From Antedon mediterranea (lineage: Eukaryota; Animalia; Echinodermata): a stretch of DNA of 64,000 nt. Below are positions 53,220-64,000 of this stretch, one piece after another; the stretch's first letter is position 1; every line of letters starts with the position of its first letter. A model generated the notes under the pieces. That model saw only the letters and a list, made by a program, of their open reading frames with translations. It made no database searches and was not told the origin of the DNA. The DNA is taken from NCBI RefSeq assembly GCF_964355755.1, contig NC_092677.1, forward strand, positions 14,158,101 through 14,222,100. Direction: 5' to 3'. The translations under genes were made by a program, and so were the position numbers.

Positions 53220-54922
53220 GAATTGGTGTGTTAGTGCGTTTAGATCAATCAGTGGCCTACATTTAATCATCCTAATTCATCAGGCCATGGTTCAAATGGT
53301 CTTATTAACTCAAATAATTTGCAAGCACATTAATGCTTCTATGTTAATGTATATTTCATTTTAATATCAGGCTCAATTTTCGTTTCGTTTTAAAACTTTT
53401 AAAATTGGCAGGTGACTATGGCCTAGTATTACTATACACACATGGAACGAAAAAGCCCCGTCTATTAATAGTGTACAACATCGTTAGTATGTATAGGCAA
53501 GCAAAATTACACAACTAGAGGTATATTAATGTCGATCGACAAGTTAGATAATTGAGGAGGGATGGGGTTATGTATATATACAGTATCTAAGTACACAGGG
53601 TGGAGGCCCCCTACGGGTGGGTTTGGTATCGCCAACAACGATGTCCTGTCTACCCAGAGTTTTCCATCCTACTCCTGTCAACAATATAAATAAAGATAGA
53701 ATAATATTTGTTTAGGTTCACTGTTTCCCCTTTTTATACCTATTTACTCCAAACGCAAATTATCGTACCGATGCTACGCAGAACGCCTCCTTCCGGATGA
53801 ACACCGCTATTAAAGAAACTTCTTCGTGAAACGAAACCCGAAGGCGTCACGTAATCAGGTGTCTGTACGTACACCTCTGATACTTCATTGAAATTATTAC
53901 AAATTAGCATCAAAATAGGCCTAGAATGAGAATGCTTAGCGCAATGATTGATTTTTAATATTCAAGCTTTATTAACTGTTAATACAAATACAAACCTAAT
54001 ATTTCATTACGCATTATACACGTCAAAAGGATTTCTTGGTTCGTTACCAGTCATTTCACGTATTAATAATGCTTCTACTTTGTGTACGTTTCCTAATTAT
54101 TTGTATTGTGCTATTCAATAATTAGGCCTATTGTAATATACAAAATTAGAACGTGTGCCAACGTTCGTGAAAATAGCTTAATTAAACAATTCGAAATGCT
54201 GCGAATTTCTCTCAAACTGATCTCAGATTAATAGAAAAAGTATAATTGCATAACCACGTTGAAAGGCACATTTTTAGATTGCATGAATGAAAGATGGAAT
54301 GGTCATATCATTTTGTAGTGTTGAGCTGTGAGCTGTAGCAGTGCAAACACTTTACTTTACCTCTTACATCCTAGAACATACATTATTATAAATTTCATTA
54401 TCACAGTAAACCACAAGAATAAACTCAATGTGTTTAAAGCTTTAATTTTCTTAGAATTGTGCATGTTTTAGATAATACAATGTAGGTTAAAGGGTAGGCC
54501 TAGTTAGAAAAGCAGATGGGTGAAAACATTAGGATGTTCAATGTCTCGCATGTTGTTCAATTTTACATCTCTTAAAACTGTCATTTCCAGCGATTATTAA
54601 TTTATTATATCGTACGTGTCCAAATTTGGGCCTAGGACCTACGACCAAGCTCTGTTTCAACAAGTTGTATTTTATTTACCATAAAATAAATTTCATACGA
54701 TGACATTTTTTACCTTGTTGAATTAACTTCATAAACCAAGTAATGTTTTTACAGAATGTTGTTAAAATATACATGTAAAATAATAGGGCAATTAAATGAC
54801 ACATTAACTATTTAGTGGATGTGTAAAATCTTTCCTGGAAATAGCAGTGTTTGCTTTTAAACACGCGCACTTTATCGTCTTGTTACATCCGAAACCTTAT
54901 TACATAAACAAAAGTAATACGT

Positions 54923-56887
54923 TTAGATATACGTTTCTACGTCACTGGAACTTGTGATACCCGTATGGCGGTTTTGTTTAAAGTCATATTGTTCATCACT
55001 AATTATTAGGTACTTTGCCATTACTGATTCATAACTCGGTGGAGGCTCAGTATCTGACGAGGAAGTGCCTTCCTCAGTCGACCTCTCGTTCCTTCCACCC
55101 TCCATACATTTTTCATAAGAGGGGGGATCTAGTTCCAAAGACATTGTTTGATTGTGTATTCCTCTAGTAGCTATAAAGTTGTCGATGGATGCTGTGTCAT
55201 CCAAGTTTTTAAATAATTGTCTTGATATTTTCCTCCAAAGAAATCTTAAAAACATAAGAATCGGCAAAAGGAAAAAAGCAAATAAACCGAATATTCCTTC
55301 CATAGAATTAGTGTTCGTTATAGCTTGTTCTGTAGGATAAAAAAAACAGGAAGTAGTGATGTTTGAGCATGCGTATTACTGAAAACTAAACTGCAGACGA
55401 CATTGGAGATGTAATAATAGAAAATAATTTCCTAGGAGGTTTCAAAACATTTACGGATTTAAAGAACATGGTGCTGAAGTAAAAGAACAAACATACCTGT
55501 GTTTTATACATAATGGTATTTCGAGCCTTACGTCGTTCATAATAGGATTGGTGGAGAAAAAACATTAAACTTTAGGCCTATGGCAAGCTGAAAAAGACGC
55601 AATACCTAGATTTTTTTCAGAAAAAATTTACCTATGCTGAACTCCCCATGCTCAAACCTGCCAGCTTACTTGCTTTGAGGCATACTTACTATTATTACAG
55701 AAGACAAAGTCTCCAGATAAACCAGCACCAGTTGCAATTCCAACATATCGCGTATCAAATGCATACATGTCTGTCCAGGACAACAATATAGTTCCATTAA
55801 AGTGACCAAATTCTAATCTTCCTGATTTCAATTTCACCCAGAACTCTTTGTATTCGTTGGCCTCAAGTAACCGGTAACGCGTTGTTATTGACTTCTCGTC
55901 ATCACATTGGCGACACCTTCTTATTGCGAGTGTGTTAGCTTGTTCTGAGTTCCCGATGGCAATCTCATACTGATTCGTAGTGTCATGTGCCACAGGAGAC
56001 AATGTGACGTAGGCGTATTTCATAACTTTGACTTTAAAATGAAAGTTTATGTTATCTTGATCGTCTAACATATCCATGGGGTATTTATACTTGCCCATTA
56101 TACCTGTTTTGTAATTGCTGCACTCTATATAAAGATCAATGATATTTGTAAACAATTTCTACCGTGGTACTATTAAACTTGTATTCTCTCATATTACATA
56201 ATAATAGACTTATTACAACATATTCAGGGATAGGTATACATATCGAAAAAGTTGTTACTATAGGATTGAAAAAACCCCTATTACAACATTCAATTCAAAA
56301 TATGTACTATACTTGACACTAAAGTTAAAGCTGCTTCGGTATGGGGACATTTTAAATATACATATACGTTTGGATTAAGTGGAAGCAGCTGGAGGAAAGC
56401 CAATTGATGAAACACGTACAATACTGGAAGAGTATTAATAGAAAATTGTTATGCTATAAGATGTCAATATACAAGCGTCACTTCATAGATCGCTTTCACG
56501 TGTGGGATCTTGGTTCGCTCGGACAAAAAAAAAACAAGTAAACACAAGTTAAAAGGAAACATCCGGATATAATACATGTTTAGCAAAACATTTCTACGAA
56601 TTCTCAAATTATAGTTCTGAAATAACAACCGCTTAGAACGTAGCCAGGTATGGCTTGAAAGTTTGTGCACGGTTTGGACTAAAGTCTTTAAGAGATTAAC
56701 TGGTCTTTGTACGGTAATAATCAGTAGGCCTAGATATTGTGCAATTATAAGTAAAAGCCTAGTCTAGGCCTAAGAGTATTTACATTATAAGAGATTATCT
56801 AACTTACTAACCTGAGCTGCGTGACAAAGAAAATAAGGTTGTTAAGCAAATAAAACAAAGCTGACATATGTGTCCAGGACTCATCAT
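54923..56887 (-). CDS. Single-pass membrane protein with a FAMeT (Methyltransf_FA)-like ectodomain and PPxY/PDZ tail, paralogue A (3 exons)
   Basis: Exon 56887-56812 encodes a signal-peptide-like MMSPGHICQLCFICLTTLFSLSRSS. Exon 56124-55690 has F.VK..AYVTLS..YEIAIG..AIRRC..LL...EYKEFWV...G.LEFG...LSWTD.....YVGIATG, the Methyltransf_FA pattern. Exon 55329-54923 has TM GIFGLFAFFLLPILMFL, PPSYEK, PPPSYES and ends ETYI*. Both introns are phase 1. Confidence 0.85.
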
Positions 56888-57779
56888 TAGACTCAATGTA
56901 GGCCTAGCCATGTTTTGTTGACGTACTCATGTCCATGTATATACCCTTCGGTGTTCGTTATGATGTTACTGCAGCAATTGATAATATGTATTAAAATGTA
57001 GGTGGAGTAAACTAACTGCATCGATTCAATAGCTCGATGTACATATATTCATGAATAATATAATAAAATCAATTTAATGACGGCATTTCTTGTTTTGAAT
57101 AATATAGAAATCAATATTTGGAAACTTCAACTATGAGCCTGTTACGCATATAATAACACTGGAATGAACTTTCAATAGTTTAATACGTAAATGATATGGT
57201 CTGGATCATACACAGACTCCATCGTTCCCATCCGTTTTCTTCCCGGGGAAAATTATACTAATAATTCTAAACAATTAAAGAAAGTATCACTAGATTTTGA
57301 GTATGTGTAACTTCGTTATTTCACAGTTGAATGACGTAATTCTGAAAGAAAATACTGTATAATGAACAGCATTTATCTAAATTAATAAAGATTATAATCG
57401 CTCTCAATTACATCAAAGATCAGAAGTTAAGTCGGGTTTAAAGTATATTATGATAATATGTAACCTTGTCTACGGCTTGAGGCAAATGCAATGTTAATAT
57501 GCAGTTTAGAAGTATTTATGAGTTCGGTTCATGCCTAAAAGGTTTGGATGTGAATTTTGTGACGTAATCTCCTAAAAGGACCACTTTGTGTTTGTGCTAA
57601 GAAACCTAATGGATCTATCAGCATTTCATTGGTAAATTGTGATTTACAGAAAGCAATCACTAAGTGCAAACTTCTTTTCAATTCACCATTATGAGGAGTA
57701 AGACAAAAGTTTACAAGTGCGAAATATATTTCATTCGGGTTTGACGTGTATGAAGTAAACACTCCATAATTACCCGTTA

Positions 57780-57918
57780 AGCTTGGTTCCCACTAGGATG
57801 CAATGCAAGGACGTAAACGCAACGCAAGCGTGTTGACCAATGACAAGCGACTGTTCGAATAATCCACCACTTACGTTGCGTTACGTCCTTGTGTTGCGTC
57901 TCTAGTAGGAACCAAGCA
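57780..57918. mobile_element. Second copy of the Tourist-like MITE
   Basis: TTA|AGCTTGGTTCCCACTAG ... CTAGTAGGAACCAAGCA|TTA; the internal sequence is similar to 19719-19872. Confidence 0.8.
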
Positions 57919-58678
57919 TTAGGAACGGATTACCATTGGATGCAGTATGATCCAGACATAAGCGACTCTGTTCACGATGAATTTCAGGATCCTCCTAGTC
58001 GTAGAGGAGAGCATCTAAGGTATTGCCATCGGCTATGCTAATTGAGTTATTTATCTATTTAACTGTGTATATGAAAAATAATAAATAATTTAAAAAAATA
58101 TATGTGAAGCACATAAATGCAATAGTGACATGACGTACTCAATATTGAGGACGGTTATCAAGTAACGAGAAGTAAATGACGTTTTGTCTATTGTGACAAA
58201 TACTAAAAATCGGAATTTCGTTTATTTTGTCTACAAATTAAATTACATACTATGATAAATCATAAACAATTGTTCAAGTCTGAAAGTGAAATAAAAAAAT
58301 ATTTGACGCACCTTTGTCCAAAATGGCGCTCCGTATCTTGTAACCAATATTTAGTAATCAAACAAGTATCGTAACAAATATGTACGCAATGGATTTTTAT
58401 ATTTAACTTATACGCGTTAAATCAAATGTCAGACGGTTTAGATTGAGATTAGTGAGTGAGATTTATGTGTAAATGCAGTCTTAAGTATATTGATGGATTC
58501 ACACCAGTGCGTGTATGTATCAATCCTGTGTGATTCCTGATCATTTAGAAAATCGCATGACACCTATACCAAAGGTTAATCTTCGTTTCAATATATTTTA
58601 CCTGTAGGGCAATTTACTCTTCAAATATTTTAAAAGAACTAATGGACAAGCGTGTTATTTCGTCAATGAAAGACAACG

Positions 58679-58705
58679 TATGTATGTATGTATGTATGTA
58701 TGTAT
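58679..58705. repeat. (TATG)n microsatellite
   Basis: Directly visible. Confidence 0.9.
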
Positions 58706-58951
58706 AGCTAGCTATCATGTCCTGTCCGTCTCTATAGTATTATTCATAATGCATTTTGTTTTAGATTCGCCCATTGCCCGTTTATTATCATCGGACACAA
58801 TTTCCACGCATAACCACAATGCTATTGTATAATATACTCCGTGGTACTGATATAATTTCTAGTATTAGGCCCACTCATTTATTTTTAGATAAACAATTAT
58901 TAGAAATGTCTTGGTTGAGACGATAAAAGGAATTCATCCATTGGCAAAACG

Positions 58952-59250
58952 CACTACATCGTCTGCTTACTACACTACATCGTCTGCTTACTACACTACA
59001 TCGTCTGCTTACTACACTACATCGTCTGCTTACTACACTACATCGTCTGCTTACTACACTACATCGTCTGCTTACTACACTACATCGTCTGCTTACTACA
59101 CTACATCGTCTGCTTACTACACTACATCGTCTGCTTACTACACTACATCGTCTGCTTACTACACTACATCGTCTGCTTACTACACTACATCGTCTGCTTA
59201 CTACACTACATCGTCTGCTTACTACACTACATCGTCTGCTTACTACACTA
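58952..59250. repeat. 21-bp minisatellite CACTACATCGTCTGCTTACTA x14
   Basis: 14 apparently perfect copies plus a partial CACTA. Confidence 0.97.
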
Positions 59251-60609
59251 GATACACACACCATTTTTATTTCTAAAAATGTCTACATTTTTGCACCTGT
59301 ATAAAACAGATAGATACTACATTTGCTATATCGGTTTGTTTGCATACACACTGTGTTTTCCCACCACCCAATTAATAATTAACACAGTTAAAACATTATA
59401 AATGGAAGACATTATTATGAATCCCTTATTCTTATAATTGTAAAGCCATTCATAACCATAACCATTGATGTTTAATGTTGCAAAAAAAGGTATGAATTAA
59501 CAATCAGCACCAAAGAAACGAAAAAAAAAACCACTAATATTATTGGAATAAAATTGTCAGACAATAGTATTAATATACAAATGTTGATGATAAGGAAGGG
59601 GAGAATTTTCGTTATTTTTGTATAATCCACTATCCATAGATTTGTTTCCGGTGGGGTCATTCCGGTGGTAAATTGGGCAGTACGCCGGTAGACAATCCCT
59701 TTTCGAAGAGTGTACTGCGTTCTTTATTGTATGAGCCATGTTGCACACGGGACCAACGTCGTCGAACCGTGGACCAAATATTAGGGTCAGAATCGTTACA
59801 CAGATGACAAAAGTTTTCAAATTTTGAATATATGTTCACTAAGGCATATAGACTCGAAAAATCACGGTAGCACAAACAAATTGTTGGCTACGACCATATT
59901 TGGGGCATTTCAAAATGGCGGCCAAAACTAAACTATGGTTTATATCTTTGTAGGGGTAGAAAGTTCGTATTAGTGTCAAAATGCTCAGAACATTATATTT
60001 CTATTCACTCTAATACAAAATGTTGTCAGAAAACAGCCGGAATCACAATTTCCGTAATTGTAACCTTTGACCCTAGTATGCTCATATCTTGATAACTACT
60101 TGTAGTAGAGACATACGATTGGGCTTAAATTATATATATACATATAATGTTAATATTTGGTCTAATGAAATATTTTGTCCTAAAGTGACCGGAAACTACA
60201 GTATTGACCCTTGACCTGATAGTCTAAACTTTCGGTAACCAATGGGCAATAAAATCGTAATATTGGGCTTAAATTATGCAAGACGTATATATTTATATTT
60301 GAACTAATGACTAAATTTGTTAATATTTTTTGGTGTAATTATTTTTTTGTCTTAAAGTGACCGGAAACCATACTGACCCTTGACCTGATAGTCTCACATT
60401 GACACGGTTCAGCGCACAGTGGGTGTGATTTATAATAAACACATGACATATTTTCAAAAGTGATGCATTCTTTTTATTACACTGGTATTCAATTTCTATA
60501 ATATTGATACATATTGCCATAATACAATACAATAATGGTAATTTTACATATCCGGGTTGATGTGAGTTTGTTTTCTCGTCTCTTTCGGTTGTAAATGCAA
60601 ATTACAATA

Positions 60610-60900
60610 TCTATATTATAAGTGAGAGAGTTTGTCTGTCTGTTTGTTTGTCTGTTTGTTTTTGTTTGTTCGTTATACAAAATTTTGTTACTGCACATAA
60701 TCTTACATATGGGGTATCAAAATGACCGCAATTGTACCGGGAATGTTCTAAGCTATATTTCAACATCATCCGCCACATAGGATCCAAGTTAGGGACCAAA
60801 ATGTGGTCAAAACCCCCACTTTCGATGTTTGTTCGGTATACAAATTTCTGTATCTGCACGTAACCATACGTATGGGGTATCAAAATGATGGCAATTTACC
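60610..60900 (+). mobile_element. Probable 5' end of a non-autonomous Helitron
   Basis: A|TCTATATTATAAG start followed by a (GTTT/GTCT)n microsatellite and an internal repeat TATGGGGTATCAAAATGA (x2). The 3' hairpin/CTRR end was not located. Confidence 0.45.
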
Positions 60901-61054
60901 ACGATTTACATATACTGTATATTATGTATTTTGCGATGCCTGTCACATGTATACATAGATAATTTACATAATAAATGATACAAATCAATGAACAGCATCA
61001 ACCTTTTCTCCTATGGTTGGTGAAATCCGTCCATTATTATAGGGTATTTTCTGT

Positions 61055-61068
61055 CCACTAGAGGGCGC
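61055..61068 (+). promoter_or_regulatory. Candidate CTCF-binding site
   Basis: CCACTAGAGGGCGC matches the bilaterian CTCF core consensus CCASYAGRKGGCRS. Motif match only. Confidence 0.4.
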
Positions 61069-61599
61069 TTGTTGTCCAATATAGGCTCGAGCCATATGAG
61101 AGGTGAGGCATTTTTTGTCCACTAAAATAGGAGCGCCATGCATGCTGTTACCAACCCCGCTCAACATTTAGATAAACCTCCAGGTGTGTCATGCTTAAAT
61201 ATAAAAAGGTACATTACTAAAAGTATACATACGTAGCTCTTAAAATTATTGTCTTATTCTAATTTTGACCCGAAATTACGAACCCTTATTACCAGGAATC
61301 AAGGGTCAAACTATTAAGTTAAGTATCATAAATATTGCAGCAATTCAGATCGATGATCCAATTACTCATAAATAAATAATTGTCTGCCAAGCATTTATAA
61401 TACAAATTTACATAACACGTTTCAGTTAAATATTATATCTATCTTTGTCAAATGTGCTGCTTGTTATTGATTATCAAATTAACATAATGCATGAATGTGT
61501 TTTAGCATTACATTACCATACCACATGGAAACCGTGATATAGGCGCTAAACAGTTAAAGACGAGTCATGTCCATCCTGAATGTTGTAAACGACCAGTTA

Positions 61600-61776
61600 T
61601 TATAAGCTGCGCGTTATGGTAGGGTGGCCAACTCCTTCCTATGCCGCGTATCTCATCTCTAGTATATTTTAAACTAGGTACTCATTTACAGCTGAGTGGA
61701 CTATGGCTCTCTTCTAATCCGGGAATTGAATCCGGGTCTTTCTCTATGTTATTAGACTTGACTTACTGAGGCCACC
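61600..61776 (-). mobile_element. Degenerate tRNA-derived SINE
   Basis: Minus strand has a box B-like GGATTCAATTCC within a CCGG..CCGG stem. It is followed by GTCCACTCAGCTGTAAATGAGTACC, which resembles the central domains of conserved-domain SINEs. Confidence 0.45.
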
Positions 61777-61827
61777 TGATGTATGCAATTTACAATCGCA
61801 CGCCATGTAACACCACAATCACTTATG

Positions 61828-63526
61828 CTATACGAAGGTTTCCAAGTCTTCATTGTCGTTCATACTGTGTCTATACCACATACCAATAACGCTTTTATTG
61901 GATTCAGTATCACAATTCATATCATATAAACAGTTTGCCATAGCTGTTTCATAGCTTGGCGGCGACTCAGAATCCCGTGATGACGATTGTCCTTCTTCGT
62001 CCACTGATCTCAATCTCTCTCCGTTTTTTTCCATACATTTGTCGTAAGACGGTGGGTCAGGATCTGGAGTTTGTATGCTGGGATTATCTATCCCACCTGT
62101 TGTATTATAAAAATTGTCAAAGGAATCGGAGTCGTCGCCCGCACTCATTGAGTCCTTTATCTTCCTTTTTAATTTCTTTAAGTAAGATCTTATCAACAAA
62201 GCTGTTACTGGCAAGATAAATATGCATAATACGAATACTCCTTCTACTGGCACTTGTGAGCTAGTTTCAAATTCTGTGTATTTAAAAATAGATTTACATT
62301 ATTATTAGTATTTACTAAACGTTTGTTTCTACAGAATTGATTTAATATATACGATATTTTATTATCTGTACAACAATGATAACAAATATACTTACTCAGA
62401 TCGCAGAATATAAAATCCCCCTCAAGCCTCCCCGTAGCAATTCCTATATATTGAATATCTAGTGGATATTGGTCCGTCCATGACATAAACGTCGTTTCAT
62501 TATAGCGGCCTATTTCTATCTTTCCATATTTAAATGATATCCAAAACTGCTTAAATTCGTTGAAATCAAGTAACTTGTATGGAGTGGTGACGGACTCTCT
62601 ATCTTTACAGTCTTGACATCTTCGAATGGCAGCCGTGTTGACCTTTTCTGAGTTGCCAATAGCAATCTCATACTGACTATTCGAGTCTCTTGCAACTGGT
62701 GACAACATAATATAAGCGTATTTCATTACTTGTACTCTGAAATTAAAACTGGTTACCTCCGCTGCTAATTGTTTCATCGGATATTTGTATTTTCCTAATG
62801 TACCTGTTCGGTACTGTTGACAATTTGTTTCTGCAATAAATCAATCAATAACAGTTGCAATTTATGCCTAATTGTATTATGAACACTGTGCATGTAGGCC
62901 TACTGTAGGCTGATCCAGGAAGCAGGTAAGGGTGGAGACACCTAACTCTCCGTAAATTTTGAGAAATGCATTCATGAAGATAAATTATTAGGACAATACA
63001 ATTTTACATCTTAAAATGTTTAGGCCTATAGTGCCTCCTACATTATTTAAAATTCGTGGAGCCACCACCTGTCTTACGTACTAAGGCCCTAACTAGGAGG
63101 AAAATGATTTGTTTACCCATGGCTTTAACAACAAATAAACAATAATATTTAAACATACAGTACGTAGGTCCACAGTACACTAATATAGTAATACAAAATA
63201 AGGAGACGACATTGACAAATCTCTCTAATTGTTGAAACGATCGGATATAGTATACAGTATATCATATTATAATACAGAGGAAAATAATAATAGATATATA
63301 TCTATTATGTGTGTGTGTGTAATTTACGTATTATTAAAACCGTCTTTAGGATAGAGTTTTGCTTTAAAACGACCTCCAGAAAAGAGCTGTTCTAAACATA
63401 GGCTTATGAACAAAAGGATTGGTAAAACTGAACAATTAACATGACCTTACCTGAACAATGTGAAAACGAGAATAATACTATGAAGATAATATTAATTAGC
63501 CAGTATTGTACAGCAATCACCAACAT
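61828..63526 (-). CDS. Single-pass membrane protein with a FAMeT (Methyltransf_FA)-like ectodomain and PPxY/PDZ tail, paralogue B (3 exons)
   Basis: Exons 63526-63451 (MLVIAVQYWLINIIFIVLFSFSHCS), 62830-62396 and 62273-61828 (TM GVFVLCIFILPVTALLI, PPSYDK, PPSYET, ends ETFV*). Coding exon 1 (76 nt) and exon 2 (435 nt) have the same lengths and phases as in paralogue A. Confidence 0.87.
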
Positions 63527-64000
63527 TCTCAAAGCTGTCTAGAAAATAGGAAATGAATCCAACGCGATGACCTAGCACATTCGCATCCATACATTCAGTG
63601 TATCACTGAATATCTATCAGCTATTGGGCGGGTGTGATATTAGTTTCATTGATTTTTCACGGTCCTGTCCGTAGAACGATCAATAATACGTGTAACGTCA
63701 ATGCAAATTTATTTACTGGAATAATACATATTAATCAGAGATAATCGATTCGACATTCCAACAGAGAATCAGGTACAAGGCCTACTCTACCAGTACAAAT
63801 ATCGTACACGTTTAATTAACGAACGTTGTGTGCATTTTCAAAATAAAATTAATCTTCTGCGATTAATAATAATTTGAAATATAATATTCAACATCGAGAA
63901 AAAAAATCTAAAACCATCAATCAGTCTTGTATGGAAAGTCCTGTTACAGTCACTTGACAGGAAACAGCCCCTAAGTTTATAGTCGCTAGACATGAGATTG

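Noticed and set aside
58875-59276. Mucin-like (TTSSAYY)n and (CSVVSRR)n ORFs
   Set aside because: The 21-bp DNA repeat is perfect with no synonymous variation, and there is no convincing exon context.
59557-59875. Cys-containing ORF with a hydrophobic start (MKTFVICVTIL...) resembling a secreted peptide
   Set aside because: The ORF start codon is TTG rather than ATG, and there is no splice support. It could be a decayed LINE C-terminal zinc-knuckle fragment, but the match is too weak to call.
19586-63526. Possible biosynthetic gene cluster (acyltransferase + hydrolase + flavoprotein + 'methyltransferase')
   Set aside because: BPHL is a widely conserved gene with a mitochondrial-type presequence. 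The FAMeT-like domains are extracellular and show no visible SAM-binding motif. Nothing in the sequence supports co-regulation.

Overview
AT-rich animal (invertebrate) genomic DNA with GT-AG introns; nothing here looks prokaryotic. An echinoderm-like source is my inference, not something the sequence proves. About 30 kb is two unrelated hairpin-built satellite arrays (1-19097 and ~26260-36545). They bracket a multi-exon NRF-6/OACYL-like membrane acyltransferase gene (13 visible exons, 19586-25820, 5' exons not in the window). The left array appears to be the expanded interior of a Helentron-associated (HINE/DINE-1-like) element and probably lies inside an intron of that gene. The right half holds a complete 6-exon BPHL gene (- strand) and the first coding exon of a membrane-anchored FAD/NAD-binding oxidoreductase (+ strand). 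It also holds two tandem 3-exon paralogues (- strand) encoding single-pass proteins: signal peptide, FAMeT/Methyltransf_FA-like ectodomain, TM helix, two PPxY motifs and a C-terminal PDZ ligand. Introns and intergenic DNA carry many non-autonomous DNA transposons, tRNA-derived SINEs and minisatellites. All splice sites and coordinates were read by eye; no database searches were run.
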